The notes below the pieces were generated by a model that worked only from the letters and a program-made list of their open reading frames with translations, did no database searches and was not told where the DNA came from. 64,000 bases of DNA from Eledone cirrhosa (Eukaryota), in NCBI GenBank assembly GCA_964016885.1, contig OZ024743.1:6572001-6636000 (forward strand), read 5' to 3'. Every line of letters starts with the position of its first letter. Positions within the stretch are counted from its first letter, which is position 1. The position numbers and the translations under genes are program-made. Positions 53,568-64,000 of this stretch are shown piece by piece.

Positions 53568-56463
53568 ATCATCATCATCATCATCATTTTACGTCCGCTT
53601 TTCCCTGCTTGCAAGGGTGGGACGGGTCTTATTCAGCACAGCATCTCTCCACTCGTCACGGTCCCTCGTCATCTCCACCGTGAGCTTCAATGATCTGAGG
53701 TCTGTTCTCACCACCTCCGCCCATGTTTTTCGTGGTCTACCTCTACCACGTCTTCCTTCAACTGGCATTTCCTGGCACTTCTTCACCCATCGGTCATCCT
53801 CCATGCGCATCACATGTCCATACCACCTCAGTCTCCTCTCCCGTACACTACATTCTATCCCTCTCAGACACAGTCTCTCTCTCAACACATTTATGCTGGG
53901 TCGTTCACGCACATTTACACTGCACATCCAACGGAGCATGCTTGCCTCATTTCTCTCCAGCCGTCGCATATCCTCTGCGGTTGCTGCCCATGTCTCACTA
54001 CCATGCAGCATCGCGCTCCTCACACAGGCATCATACAACCGGCCTTTCGTACGCAGGGAGAAACCCTTCTTCGTCAACAGAGGAAGCAGCTCCCTAAACT
54101 TCTTCCAACCCGTCCTTATTCTAGATACTATGACCTCGGAACACCCTCCTCCCATGCTAATCTGATCTCCTAGGTACCGGAAGCTATCCACCACTTCTAT
54201 AGCGCCCTCTCGCATTTGAAAAATGTGTCTATCAGTGCGACTACTACTGTCTAATTTCCCTGTACATCTACTGCATACATATTTCTCCCTACCTGTTAGT
54301 TTGCCTGCTATCCCGCTACATCTCTTGTGTACCCAGGACCTGCATTGTGTACATTTTATAGAATTTATGCCAGTTCCTTTTCTGCATATCGAACATGGCC
54401 ATTTCCCTGACGGAATCAGGGTTTTGTCCTCTTTTCTACTCATCAACACTTTTGTCTTAGCTAGATTTACTCTCAGTCCTCTTGCTTCCAACTGCTGTTT
54501 CCATAGCCGGAATTTATTCTCTAGCTCCTCTACTGATTCTGCCATAAGAGCCAGATCGTCAGCATAGAGAAGTTCCCATGGACAGCCAGTCTTAAACTCC
54601 TCTGTTATGGCTTGGAGGACTATAATGAACAAGAGCGGGCTGAGGACCGAACCTTGATGTACTCCTACTTGTATCTGGAATTCCTCACTAAACTCCATTC
54701 CTACCCTGACTTTACTGAGAGTACCTCTGTACAAAGTTTGCACTGTCCTCACAAGCCATTCCTCAACACCCAGCTTCCTTAGGGACCACCAGATGACAGA
54801 TCGGGGTACCCTATCAAAGGCCTTCTCTAGGTCAACAAAGGCTAAGTATAGTGGCTTATTCTTCTCTAAGAACCTCTCTTGCATTTGTCTCACCAAGAAG
54901 AGGGCATCTGTTGTACTCTTCCCAGGCACAAAACCAAACTGCATCTCATCTAGTTTGACCCTTTCTCTAATTAGTTGTGCTAAAATCCTTTCTGCCACTT
55001 TCATAACCTGATCTATCAGTTTTATACCCCTATAATTGCTCCTCTCCAAAGCATCCCCTTTACCTTTGTAGCAATTTATGAGAATACTGCTGCACCAGTC
55101 TTTGGGTATGACACCACCATATATAGCCTGATTGATGATGCGTGCAACCAGTTTAGTGCCTACGTCCCCTGATGCCTTCAGCATCTCAGCAACTATTCCC
55201 GATGGTCCGGCCGCCTTACCATTTTTCATTTCCCTAATCGCCTCTTGGACCCTATATTCGTCAATCTCAATAGCTGGTCCCTCTGTCGGATCTACCAAGG
55301 GTAATTTCTCTCTCTCCCATTCGTTCTCCACATTCATCAGTCTCTCATAATGACATTTCCAGGCCTCCTTTTTCTGGTCATTCGTGACACTAAGTACACC
55401 GGCATCATCCCGGACACATTTATCACCAACAACATCCTGATTTGCATTGACACACTGCCTTGCAATGTGGAACACTGCACGCCTCTGATCTTCCCGTCGC
55501 AGAACATTGGCAAACCTCCTACTCTCTGCCTCCCTGCATGCTAAGTACACCTGACGTCTAGCTTCTCTCTTAGTGGCTGTATATTCTTCTCTACTCCCAC
55601 CCTTTTTCCAAGCCTTCCATGCTCGTCTTTTGTCTCTAATAGCCTTATCTACTGTGCTGTTCCACTACCAGGTCACTCTCTGTCTGGTTGGAGCTCTGCT
55701 CCAGCCACAGGTTTCATCAGTAGCCTGCAGCAAGTTGTCACGTAAGAACTTCCAGTTATTATCTATGTCATACGTCTCTAAATCGTCTTCTTTTTCGTCA
55801 TATACATCTTGAAGGGCTTTCCTAAATTTGAATTTTAGTGAAAGGTCTTTTAGCTTCCAAACCTTTCTTCTCCACACCTTCCCATATGTTTCATTCCATC
55901 TCTTGCTTACTGAGATATCACTAACAACTAACCTATGCTGTGGGGTACATTCTTCCCCAGGGTATGCCTTGGTATTAGACACTATCTGCCTGTCCTGCTG
56001 CCTAACTAGCAGGAAGTCAATCTGGCTTATGTGCTCACCAGATTTGTAGGTTATTAGGTGATTGGCAGGTTTCTGGAAGTTTGTGTTGCAAATAGTCAAT
56101 GTACTTGCATCACAAAATTCAAGAAGTCTCACTCCTTCTTCATTTCTTGAACCGTAACCGTGCCCACCATGTACCCCAATGTAGCCATCCTGGAGCTGTC
56201 CAACATGACCATTGAAGTCTCCTGCTAGCATAACGATGTCGCCGTCCTCTGTCATTGTGGTTGTTTGCAAAAGTTGCTCATAAAAGCAGTCTTTCTCATC
56301 TTTGCCTAGGCCTGCTTGGGGAGCATAGACCGAGATGATTGTCAGTAGTCTCCTACCTACAACTAATCTAAGCTTAATTATTCGATTACTAACTCAAACT
56401 ACCTCTATTGTCTTATTGATCCATTTCTCAGCCAGGATGTCTTATTGATCCATTTCTCAGCCA
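53568..56463 (-). mobile_element. RTE-clade LINE copy A, 5'-truncated, (GAT)n tail
   Basis: APE motifs (GDFNGHVG, QIDFLL, QHRLVV) and RT motifs (QGSVLSPLLF, YADD, RYLG); tail ATCATCATC at 53568. Confidence 0.96.
53589..56400 (-). pseudogene. APE-RT(+PHD finger) polyprotein of RTE copy A, with one in-frame TAG at 55665-55667
   Basis: ORFs 55665-56270 and 53589-55550 are in the same frame. The gap reads VTW*WNSTVDKAIRDKRRAWKAWKKGGSREEY, versus VTWWWN in copy C. Confidence 0.9.
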
Positions 56464-56489
56464 TTTCAATGAGAATGAAATATAGAAAA

Positions 56490-56652
56490 AGAATCAACCC
56501 CAGTACTAAACTGGTTCTTTTTTTATCGGCCTCAAAAGATGAAAGGCAAAGTTGAACTGGGGGGGGGGGGGGGGGTTAACCTCAGAGAGCTGGAACGAAT
56601 ACTGCAAAGCATTCTATCCAATGTTCTAATGACTCTGCCAATTCACCACCCA
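56490..56652 (-). mobile_element. Deu/Nin-like SINE, reverse orientation, with an internal poly-G tract
   Basis: CCCAGTACTAAACTGGTTCTTTTTTTATCGGCCTCAAAAGATGAAAGGCAAAGTTGA is the reverse complement of the 51255-51320 block. Confidence 0.78.
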
Positions 56653-56788
56653 TATAAATACACATACAATGATCCAAATTACAACATATCAAATATGTTC
56701 CAAGTGTTCCATGACTGACTTCAGTATTTTCTCAATAAAACACTGAAACTAATTCTATTTTTCCTGTTGATCAGAAATGTTGATTTAA

Positions 56789-57002
56789 CCCTTTTGCATT
56801 TAAACTGGCCATATCCAGCCAGAATGCTCTCACCTCCTTCTGTTCAAACCTGCCATAACTAGCTGTTCATGTTATGGTATTGTTCTCAAAATAAATACTA
56901 TCAAAATCTAGTAGATTCAATATCATGTGAGATAATTATGAGATAAAATGTTTTACCATGAAAATACAATAGTATATATTGAGTAATAGAAATGCTAAAC
57001 GG
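56789..57002. mobile_element. piggyBac-type MITE
   Basis: TTAA|CCCTTTTGCATT ... AATGCTAAACGG|TTCA: imperfect TIRs, TTAA on the left and one mismatch on the right. A second partial copy lies at 52100. Confidence 0.7.
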
Positions 57003-57223
57003 TTCAGTCATTTTATAATAATTTTTCTTTAATGAAATAATTTACGAAGATGCCTTGATACAAATTTTAGAATAATATTTCTAGTGTAATTTCTGTATTT
57101 TCATACACCTCCAAATATCTTGTTAATCATTAAAATCATTATGATTGTTGCTCTTATATTTCAGAAAATAATTTTTTAAACGAAATAAATAAATAGATAA
57201 AACTTTATTTTCTTTTGGTTAAA

Positions 57224-57892
57224 TCTCTCTCTATATAAAATTCTTTGTCTCTCTGCCTCTCTGTCTTTTCCTTATACATTCTCAAATGGCTTGACCAAAT
57301 CAAATCAAATTTTACAAGGTAATAGTATTAGACCCTGGGATTAACAACATGTAATTTTTATTTTCATGTGAAACTCTGTGTTTGTATGAATGTATGTCTG
57401 TGTGTTTTTTTATAAGTGTATGTTTGTGTGAGTGTATGTGTGCCTGTCCGTTTATATTTATATTCTCATACCATTAAATTAGCAGTTAATACATTTGCTT
57501 ATATTTGGTTAACTTACACTATATACAAAAATAATAATTAATATATATTTCTTTTGGATGGTGATACTTATTTGTTTACAATATTGAAAAGAAATGTTTT
57601 TATTCAAGCTACATGTTTCTCTCACAGTTAACTCTATGTTGGCTGCTCACAAGTTGGAAGCAGCAACAATTTATTCATTTGATCACCAACAAAAAATTAC
57701 ACAATGAATATTGTTTACCCTGAGGTGCTTCAAGATTGACAGACTTTCATTTCTAAATTCTATTATCATTACAATTTTGATATTTTTTTATTTTGAAATA
57801 ATTATGAGAAAAAATATATCTCTTCATATTTATTGTTTACTAATCTGAATAAGAACAGCAGTAACCCGGGCACCGCCGGGTCATTTAGCTAG
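57224..57892 (+). mobile_element. Non-autonomous Helitron
   Basis: A|TCTCTCTCTATATAAAA 5' end; GC-rich hairpin ACCCGGGCACCGCCGGGT shortly before a CTAG|T 3' end; no TSD. The 5' boundary is less certain. Confidence 0.72.
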
Positions 57893-58159
57893 TATTGTAT
57901 AAATGTTCTCTGTTTCTATGTACTGTTACATTTCATAGCTTTTAAATTTTGGAGGAAGGGTTGAATGTTTTGTTCTCATATCCATATATGAAGGTTATAT
58001 AGACAGATCAATAATTGAGTTGGGTCCATAACTTATATGGATGATCTTGTGTCAACCTTCTGCAAAACGCAAGTAACAGGTAGATACACAATAAAAAACT
58101 AAATACATGTAAACGAAACTTCGTTTTTCTCAATATATATATATGTATTTTTTTTTTCA

Positions 58160-58292
58160 ACTAAAGAAATTTTAGCCTGATAGTGGGGTTTAGAACTCAC
58201 TAAAAAAATGGAAAAAGATGAGTGTCAATGCTCATCTTTTTCCATTTCTTAGAGGGTTCTAAATTCCACTATCAGGCTAAAATTTCTTTAGT
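58160..58292. repeat. Fold-back inverted repeat with ~65-bp arms and almost no loop
   Basis: ACTAAAGAAATTTTAGCCTGATAGTGG...GGAAAAAGATGAG pairs with CTCATCTTTTTCC...CCACTATCAGGCTAAAATTTCTTTAGT. Confidence 0.93.
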
Positions 58293-58312
58293 CAAAAAAT
58301 CCAGTGAAAGCT

Positions 58313-60600
58313 TCATCATCATCATCATCACCGTTTTACGTCTGTTCTTCCATGCTAGCATGGGTTAGACGGGTTGTCCTGTTGTGGGCTGACCATGCCT
58401 TGCTCATACAGGAACTGATTTTGGCTTGATTTCTACAGCTGGATGCCCTTCCTAACACCAACCTCATTTACAGTGAGTGCTGGGTGCTTTTTCCGTGGCG
58501 CCTACACGTCCACTTTACAGTGTGGGCTGGGTGCTTTTTTGCCGTGGTACCTCCATGACCACCTTGCAGTGGGAGGGTGTGGGGGCATTATTGTCTATAT
58601 GCTTCAGCTTGTACTCATGGGAGTCGGGTCTTCTGTATTACTGCGTGACACCAGAAGTCCAGTTGTGTGTCATTGCCTTTGAGAGGTGTAATTGAGTAAG
58701 GTCGGCTTTTATCACCTCATCCCAGGTCTTCTTGGGTCTCCCCACTCCGCGGTTTCCATTGACTTCTACTGCTCTGCACCTTTTTATGCAGCTGTCATCC
58801 TTCATACACATCACATGTCAACGCCTCTTCTGCACACAGCATTTGATTCCTCTTATGCTCAGTCTCTCTCTCAATTCATTTATGCTTTGTCGTTCGCGTA
58901 TATTACTATTACACATCCATTGGAGCACGCAGGCTTCATTTCTTTCTAATCAGCGCCCAGGTCTCACTACCATGTAACATTGCTGTTCGTATACACGCAT
59001 CATACAGTCTGCCTTTCATTTTGAGGGAGAAGCCTTTTGCAGCTAGCCGTGGCAGTAGTTCCCTGAACTTCTTCCATCCCGTTCTTACCCTAGTTATTGT
59101 ACTTTCTGAACACCCACCTCCACTGCTAATTCGGTCACCTAGGTATCAGAAGCTGTCTACTGTTTCTACAGAGCCCTCCCAGAGATTGGTGGTACTTGTT
59201 TCCTGTGGCTGTTTGCTGCTTGCTGTCCCAGCACAGCTGCTGCATGTGAAGCCTACATTCTTAATTAAGCTTCCTGAGATCCCGCTACATCTCTTGTGTA
59301 CCCATTGTTTACATTTGGGGCAGAGAATGGAGTTCCTACCTACACCTTTCCTACATACTGAGCAAGGCCATTTCCCTGAGGGGATCTGGGTTCTGTTTTT
59401 TCGTCTACTTACAAGGACCTTAGTCTTTGTCATGTTGACTTTGAGACCCTTTCTTTCTAGTCCCTGCTTCCAAGTTTGGAATTTCTTCTCTAGTTCTACC
59501 GTAGATTCAGCTATAAGTGTGAGGTCATCAGCATACAGGAGTTCCCATGGGCATCTGGTCTTATACTCCTCCGTTATTGCCTGCAGGACTATGATGAACA
59601 GGAGAGGGCTAAGAACAGAGCCTTGGTGAACACCAACCTGTACGCTAAATTCCTCATTATACTCATTGCTAATCCTAACTTTGCTGACTGCTCCCCTATA
59701 CATGGCTTGTACAGCTACCACAAACCATTCATCTACTCCTAGTTTTCTAAGAGCCCACCAGATTATAGCACGTGGAACTCTGTCAAAGGCTTTCTCGAGA
59801 TTGACGAATGCCAGGTAGAGAGGCTTACTTTTAGCTAGGTACTTTTCCTGTAACTGCCTCACAAGGAAGAGGGCATCAGTGGTGCCTCTTCCTGGTACAA
59901 ACCCAAATTGCATCTCATCTAGTTTCACCCGGTCCCTAATCAACTGTGCTATAACTCTTTCTGTTACTTTCATGACCTGGTCCATCAGCTTTATACCTCT
60001 ATAGTTTCCTCTATCTAGTGCATCACCTTTACCTTTGTAGCTGTTGACAATGATGCTACTGCACCAATCTTTTGGTATGACACCTTCTAGTATTACCTGG
60101 TTAACAATACGTGTGGTTATAGTGTGACCTACAGACCCAGATGCTTTCAGCATCTCGGCAGCTATACCCGATGGACCGGTTGCCTTCCCCATCTTCATAT
60201 TTTTGATTGCCTTACTTACTACGCTGCTGCTGACTTGTACTGCTGGGCCCTCTATAAGGTCTACTTGGGGTAGGGTCTCTTCTTCCCATGCATTTTCCTC
60301 GTTTAGTAATCTATCATAATGGCTCTTCCATGCATCTTTCTTCTCAGCACTTGTGAGGGCAAGCTCACCTTTATCATTCCGGATACACTTCTCTCCAATG
60401 ACATCACAATTCTCTCTGACACTCTGCTTCGCAATCTTGAACACCTCCTGTTTCTGGTCCACACGTTGCAAAACATGTTTGAATTTTCTATCCTCTGCTT
60501 CCCTCCTAGCTAAGTATACTTGTCGCCTAGCTTCCTTCTTGGTCTCTATGTAATGTACCCTGCTCCCCCCGTTCTTCCATTCTTTCCATGCCTGTCTCTA
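58313..60600 (-). mobile_element. RTE-clade LINE copy B, 5'-truncated, with stops and deletions and a long 3' UTR holding 2-3 satellite-like units
   Basis: ORF 59146-60471 with QGSVLSPLLF/YADD and a PHD finger; (CAT)n at 58313; UTR units at 58462, 58510 and 58559. Confidence 0.95.
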
Positions 60601-60694
60601 TTTCTAATTTCAAACTCGCTCGCTGTTTCAAAATATACTTACTCATATATATATATATATAAAAGAAAATGTTCGCTCTACATGGCTAAATACA

Positions 60695-60967
60695 ATAAAT
60701 GTAATCTGAGTTTTTTATAGACTCAATTTTATAGCCATGTCAGTAGAATGAACCCTTCATTCTTGCTCTTGTGTTGGCATGTGAACTCTGACAGTTTGGC
60801 AGGTGAACAGTGAGCTGTACTGATGAAGGGTGATAACCAGAAACATTAGTGTCAACACAAGAGCAAGAATGAAGGGTTCATTCTACTGACATGGCTATAA
60901 AATTGAGGTTTGTTTGCATAATTGCAAACGAATCGAATGTTATTAATATTCGAAAAACTCAGATTAC

Positions 60968-60973
<6 letters not shown>
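60695..60973. repeat. Nested inverted-repeat element (21-bp outer and 58-bp inner arms) between (TA)n tracts
   Basis: Outer arms ATAAATGTAATCTGAGTTTTT at 60695-60715 / 60953-60973. Inner arms 60722-60779 / 60850-60907 differ at one position. Confidence 0.92.
60815..60858 (+). ncRNA. Minimal type I hammerhead ribozyme-like motif (Penelope-like-element style), possibly degenerate
   Basis: CTGATGA (60820-60826), AGGGTGATAACCA, GAAA (60840-60843), short stem III ACA-TTAG-TGT and a GTC cleavage triplet at 60851-60853. Stem I is weak (TGT/ACA). Confidence 0.55.
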
Positions 60974-61002
<29 letters not shown>

Positions 61003-61005
<3 letters not shown>

Positions 61006-63608
61006 CAAAGCATATTACTTGATGCTTTCGACAGTAAGGAAGAACATTTAGAGTCGGACAATATAGAGGGAGAGTGGGAATTTCTGAAAGCAAACCTGCT
61101 GTTGGCGACAGACGAAGTCTGTGGCTGGAGCAGGCCTGTAGGCAGGAGGAGAGTAACATGGTGGTGGAACAGTAAGGTGGAGGGGTCAATTAAGGCCAAA
61201 AAGCAGGCTTGGAAAGTATGGCGGGATGGGGGAAGTAGAGAAGACTATCAAGTGGCCAGGAGGGAAGCTAGGAGACAAGTGTACTTAGCAAGAAGGGAAG
61301 CTGAGGAAAGAAAGTTCAAGCATGTTCTACAACGCGATGACCAAAAACGTGAGGTGTTCAGGATTGCTAGGCAATGCGTCAAGGAAAACCGTGATATTGT
61401 CGGGGAGAAGTGTGTACTAAACGACGATGGCACACTTGCCATCACCGACGCTGATAAGAAGGTAGCTTGGAAGTGTCACTATGAAAGGCTACTAAATGAG
61501 GAGAATAAATGGGAGAAAGACAGTCTCCCCCATATCGACCCAATAGAGGGACCAGCAGTGTTAGTCGAGGGGAGTATAATAAGTAAGGCAATCAAGGATA
61601 TGAAGACGGGTAAGGCGGCTGGGCCTTCGGAAATAGTTGCTGAGATGCTGAAGGCATCTGGCACGGTGGGACACACCATGGTCACCTGCATAGTTAACCA
61701 AGTCGTACAGAATGGGGTTGTTCCGAAGGACTGGCATAGCAGCATCATCGTTAACTGTTATAAGGGTAAAGGAGACGCCCTAGATAGGAGTAACTATAGA
61801 GGCATTAAATTAATCGACCAGGTCATGAAGGTCACGGAAAAAGTAATAGCGCAACTAATCAGAGAGAGAATTGACCTAGATGAAATGCAGTTCGGGTTTG
61901 TGTCAGGCAAAAGTACCACAGACACTTTTCATAGTACGACAACTACAGGAGAAGTACCTAGCTAAAGGTAAACCCCTCTACTTAGCTTTTGTCGACTTGG
62001 AGAAAGCCTTTGACAGAGTCCCCCGCTCCATTATCTGGTGGGCTCTTAGAAAACTAGGCGTTGACGAATGGCTTGTGAGGGCTATACAAGCCATGTATAA
62101 AGAAACAGTCAGCAAGGTTAGAATTAACAACGAATATAGTGAAGAGTTTAGCGTAAAAGTTGGCGTCCATCAGGGCTCTGTTCTCAGCCCACTACTATTT
62201 ATTATTGCCCTTCAGGCTATAACAGAGGAGTTCAAGACAGGCTGCCCATGGGAACTCCTATACGCAGACGACCTGACACTCATAGCAGAATCAATGGCCG
62301 AGCTAGAGAAGAAATTCCAAACATGGAAGCACGGCCTAGAGTCAAAAGGACTTAAAATTAACCTGGCTAAGACCAAAGTACTAGTTTGTAGGAAAGAAAA
62401 CAAGGCGGCGGTCCCTTCTGGGAAATGGTCGTGCTCGGTGTGTAGGAAAGGCGTAGGTAGAAACTCCATTTTATGTCCTAAATGCAAAGTATGGGTGCAT
62501 AAAAGATGTAGTGGGATCACAGGTAAGCTAACTAAGAACATAGATTTTACATGTGGCCGGTGCTCTGGTGCAATAAGTAGCAGCAAGTGCCCACAAAATA
62601 CTAGCTCTTTCAATTGCGCAGAGGGTTCTATAGAAATAGTGGACAGCTTCTGTTACCTGGGCGATAAAATCAGCAGTGGGGGATGGTGCTCTGAAAGTAC
62701 TGTAGCTAGAGTCAGAACTGGTTGGAAAAAGTTCAGAGAGCTTATACCACTATTAGCTGCTAAAGGGTTCTCCCTAAAAATGAAAGGCAGGTTGTACGAT
62801 GCCTGCATACGAACAGCAATGCTGCATGGCAGTGAGACCTGGGCATTATGTGCAGAGGATATACGCAGACTAGAGAGGAACGAAGCTTGCATGCTCCGCT
62901 GGATGTGTAACAGTAATATACGTGAACGGCAAAGCATAAACGAACTAAGGAAAAAATTAGAGATAAGAGGGATCAGATGTTGTTTACTCGAGAGAAGGCT
63001 ACGTTGTTATGGACACGTGATGCGCATGAAAGTCGATAGCTGTATAACAAAGTGCAGGGCAATAAAGATAGACGGTAGTCACGGAATAGGCAGACCTAGA
63101 AAAACCTGGGACGAGCTGATAAACTCCGACATCACACACTTACACCTCTCCAAGACAATGTCACTGGACCGAGACCTTTGGCGGTACTCAGTAACAGAGA
63201 AGACCCGCCTTACCTAAATATATAGTAAAACCTACTCCAGCCAGTAGGCATCTCTAACAAAATACACCCCGTCCCACCACCACCACCACCACCACCCCGT
63301 TCTATGTAAAGTTATGTTGGTGCCGCGCCATCGAGGCCGAAACAAATGAGATCGTGTAGGTGTCACGACAAAAAAACACACAGTCCACGCTGTAATGTGG
63401 CCGTGTAGGCAACACGGTAAAAACCTCCCAGACCCACACTGTAAATGTGGTTGGTGTTAGGAAGGGCATCCAACTGTAGAAAACCTGCCAGACAGTCCTA
63501 TGCGAGCAAGACAATCACTCTTGCCTCAAGTGGGACTACCCTCGTCCAAACCCATGCAAGCGTGGAACACGGACGTTAAACGTTGATGATGATGATGATG
63601 ATGATGAT
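61003..63608 (+). mobile_element. RTE-clade LINE copy C, 5'-truncated, one frameshift near 61925, long 3' UTR and (GAT)n tail
   Basis: ORFs 60922-61965 and 61880-63217 join at KSTTDT/LFIVRQLQEKY. RT motifs and a PHD finger are present; satellite-like units at ~63355-63450 are in reverse orientation. Confidence 0.96.
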
Positions 63609-63703
63609 ATTACCTAAACACTGCCATCTTACTCATAAATTAACTAATGTGTACACTCTGATAGCTTACACTTTCTCAGTTGCAAGCTTATTATCTCATT
63701 GGG

Positions 63704-63735
63704 TGAGTGGGTAGTGGCCGAAGATCGCTATGTTT

Positions 63736-63766
<31 letters not shown>

Positions 63767-63804
63767 CTGTGTGTACATAGCGATCTTCAACCACTACCCA
63801 CTCA
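63704..63804. repeat. 30-bp inverted repeat enclosing a (TA)n(TG)n microsatellite
   Basis: TGAGTGGGTAGTGGCCGAAGATCGCTATGT (63704-63733) versus ACATAGCGATCTTCAACCACTACCCACTCA (63775-63804), 28/30 complementary. Confidence 0.9.
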
Positions 63805-64000
63805 TAGGTCCACCGAGATTATGCCTAAGGAGGGAACAAAACCTTATTTTTTTCTCTCTAGTCCTTTACCCCACCTGGATTAAATGCACCACCTTTTTTT
63901 CCCCTGGCTAATGCATTCACCACACCCATCACCCTTCCATTCACGTACCCACGAACTACTCCAATTACACACAAACTCCTCCACCTGAACATTCGCTCAC

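Noticed and set aside
57959-58057. Weak imperfect hairpin (GGTTGA...ATCCATATA / TATATGGAT...TCAACC)
   Set aside because: The matches are short and interrupted in AT-rich DNA, so I cannot distinguish them from chance.
53554-62937. ORFs antisense to the RTE frames (e.g. 53554-54165, 59021-59629, 62212-62613)
   Set aside because: These are shadow frames of RT coding sequence with no independent motifs.
58313-63608. Single twin-primed inverted LINE insertion
   Set aside because: The two halves cover the same region, each has its own 3' tail, and they are substantially diverged.

Overview
Eukaryotic (animal) genomic DNA; the SINE/LINE repertoire suggests a cephalopod such as Octopus (inference, not searched). 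Bases 1-40698 are a homogeneous 48/49-bp tandem satellite (about 830-840 monomers, left end outside the window) with nested higher-order repeats of 196 bp to 5.1 kb. The rest is AT-rich, transposon-dense DNA with four RTE-clade LINE copies, SINEs, hAT- and piggyBac-type MITEs, a Helitron, and CR1-like and RLE-type LINE relics. It also holds two small + strand exons (42132-42216, 50036-50132) that splice in frame into the C-terminus of a Slo2/KCNT-like potassium channel. Main results: (1) The satellite appears to have grown in place from a ~48-bp tandem unit in the 3' UTR of a decayed RTE element. The array abuts that element's ORF end, and 1-, 2- and 3-4-unit versions of the same motif occur in sister RTE/SINE tails nearby. 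(2) The array probably lies inside an intron of the channel gene. (3) The RTE reverse transcriptases carry a C4HC3 PHD finger inside the RT domain. (4) A hammerhead-ribozyme-like core sits in a fold-back element between two divergent RTEs. All satellite ORFs in the track are judged spurious.
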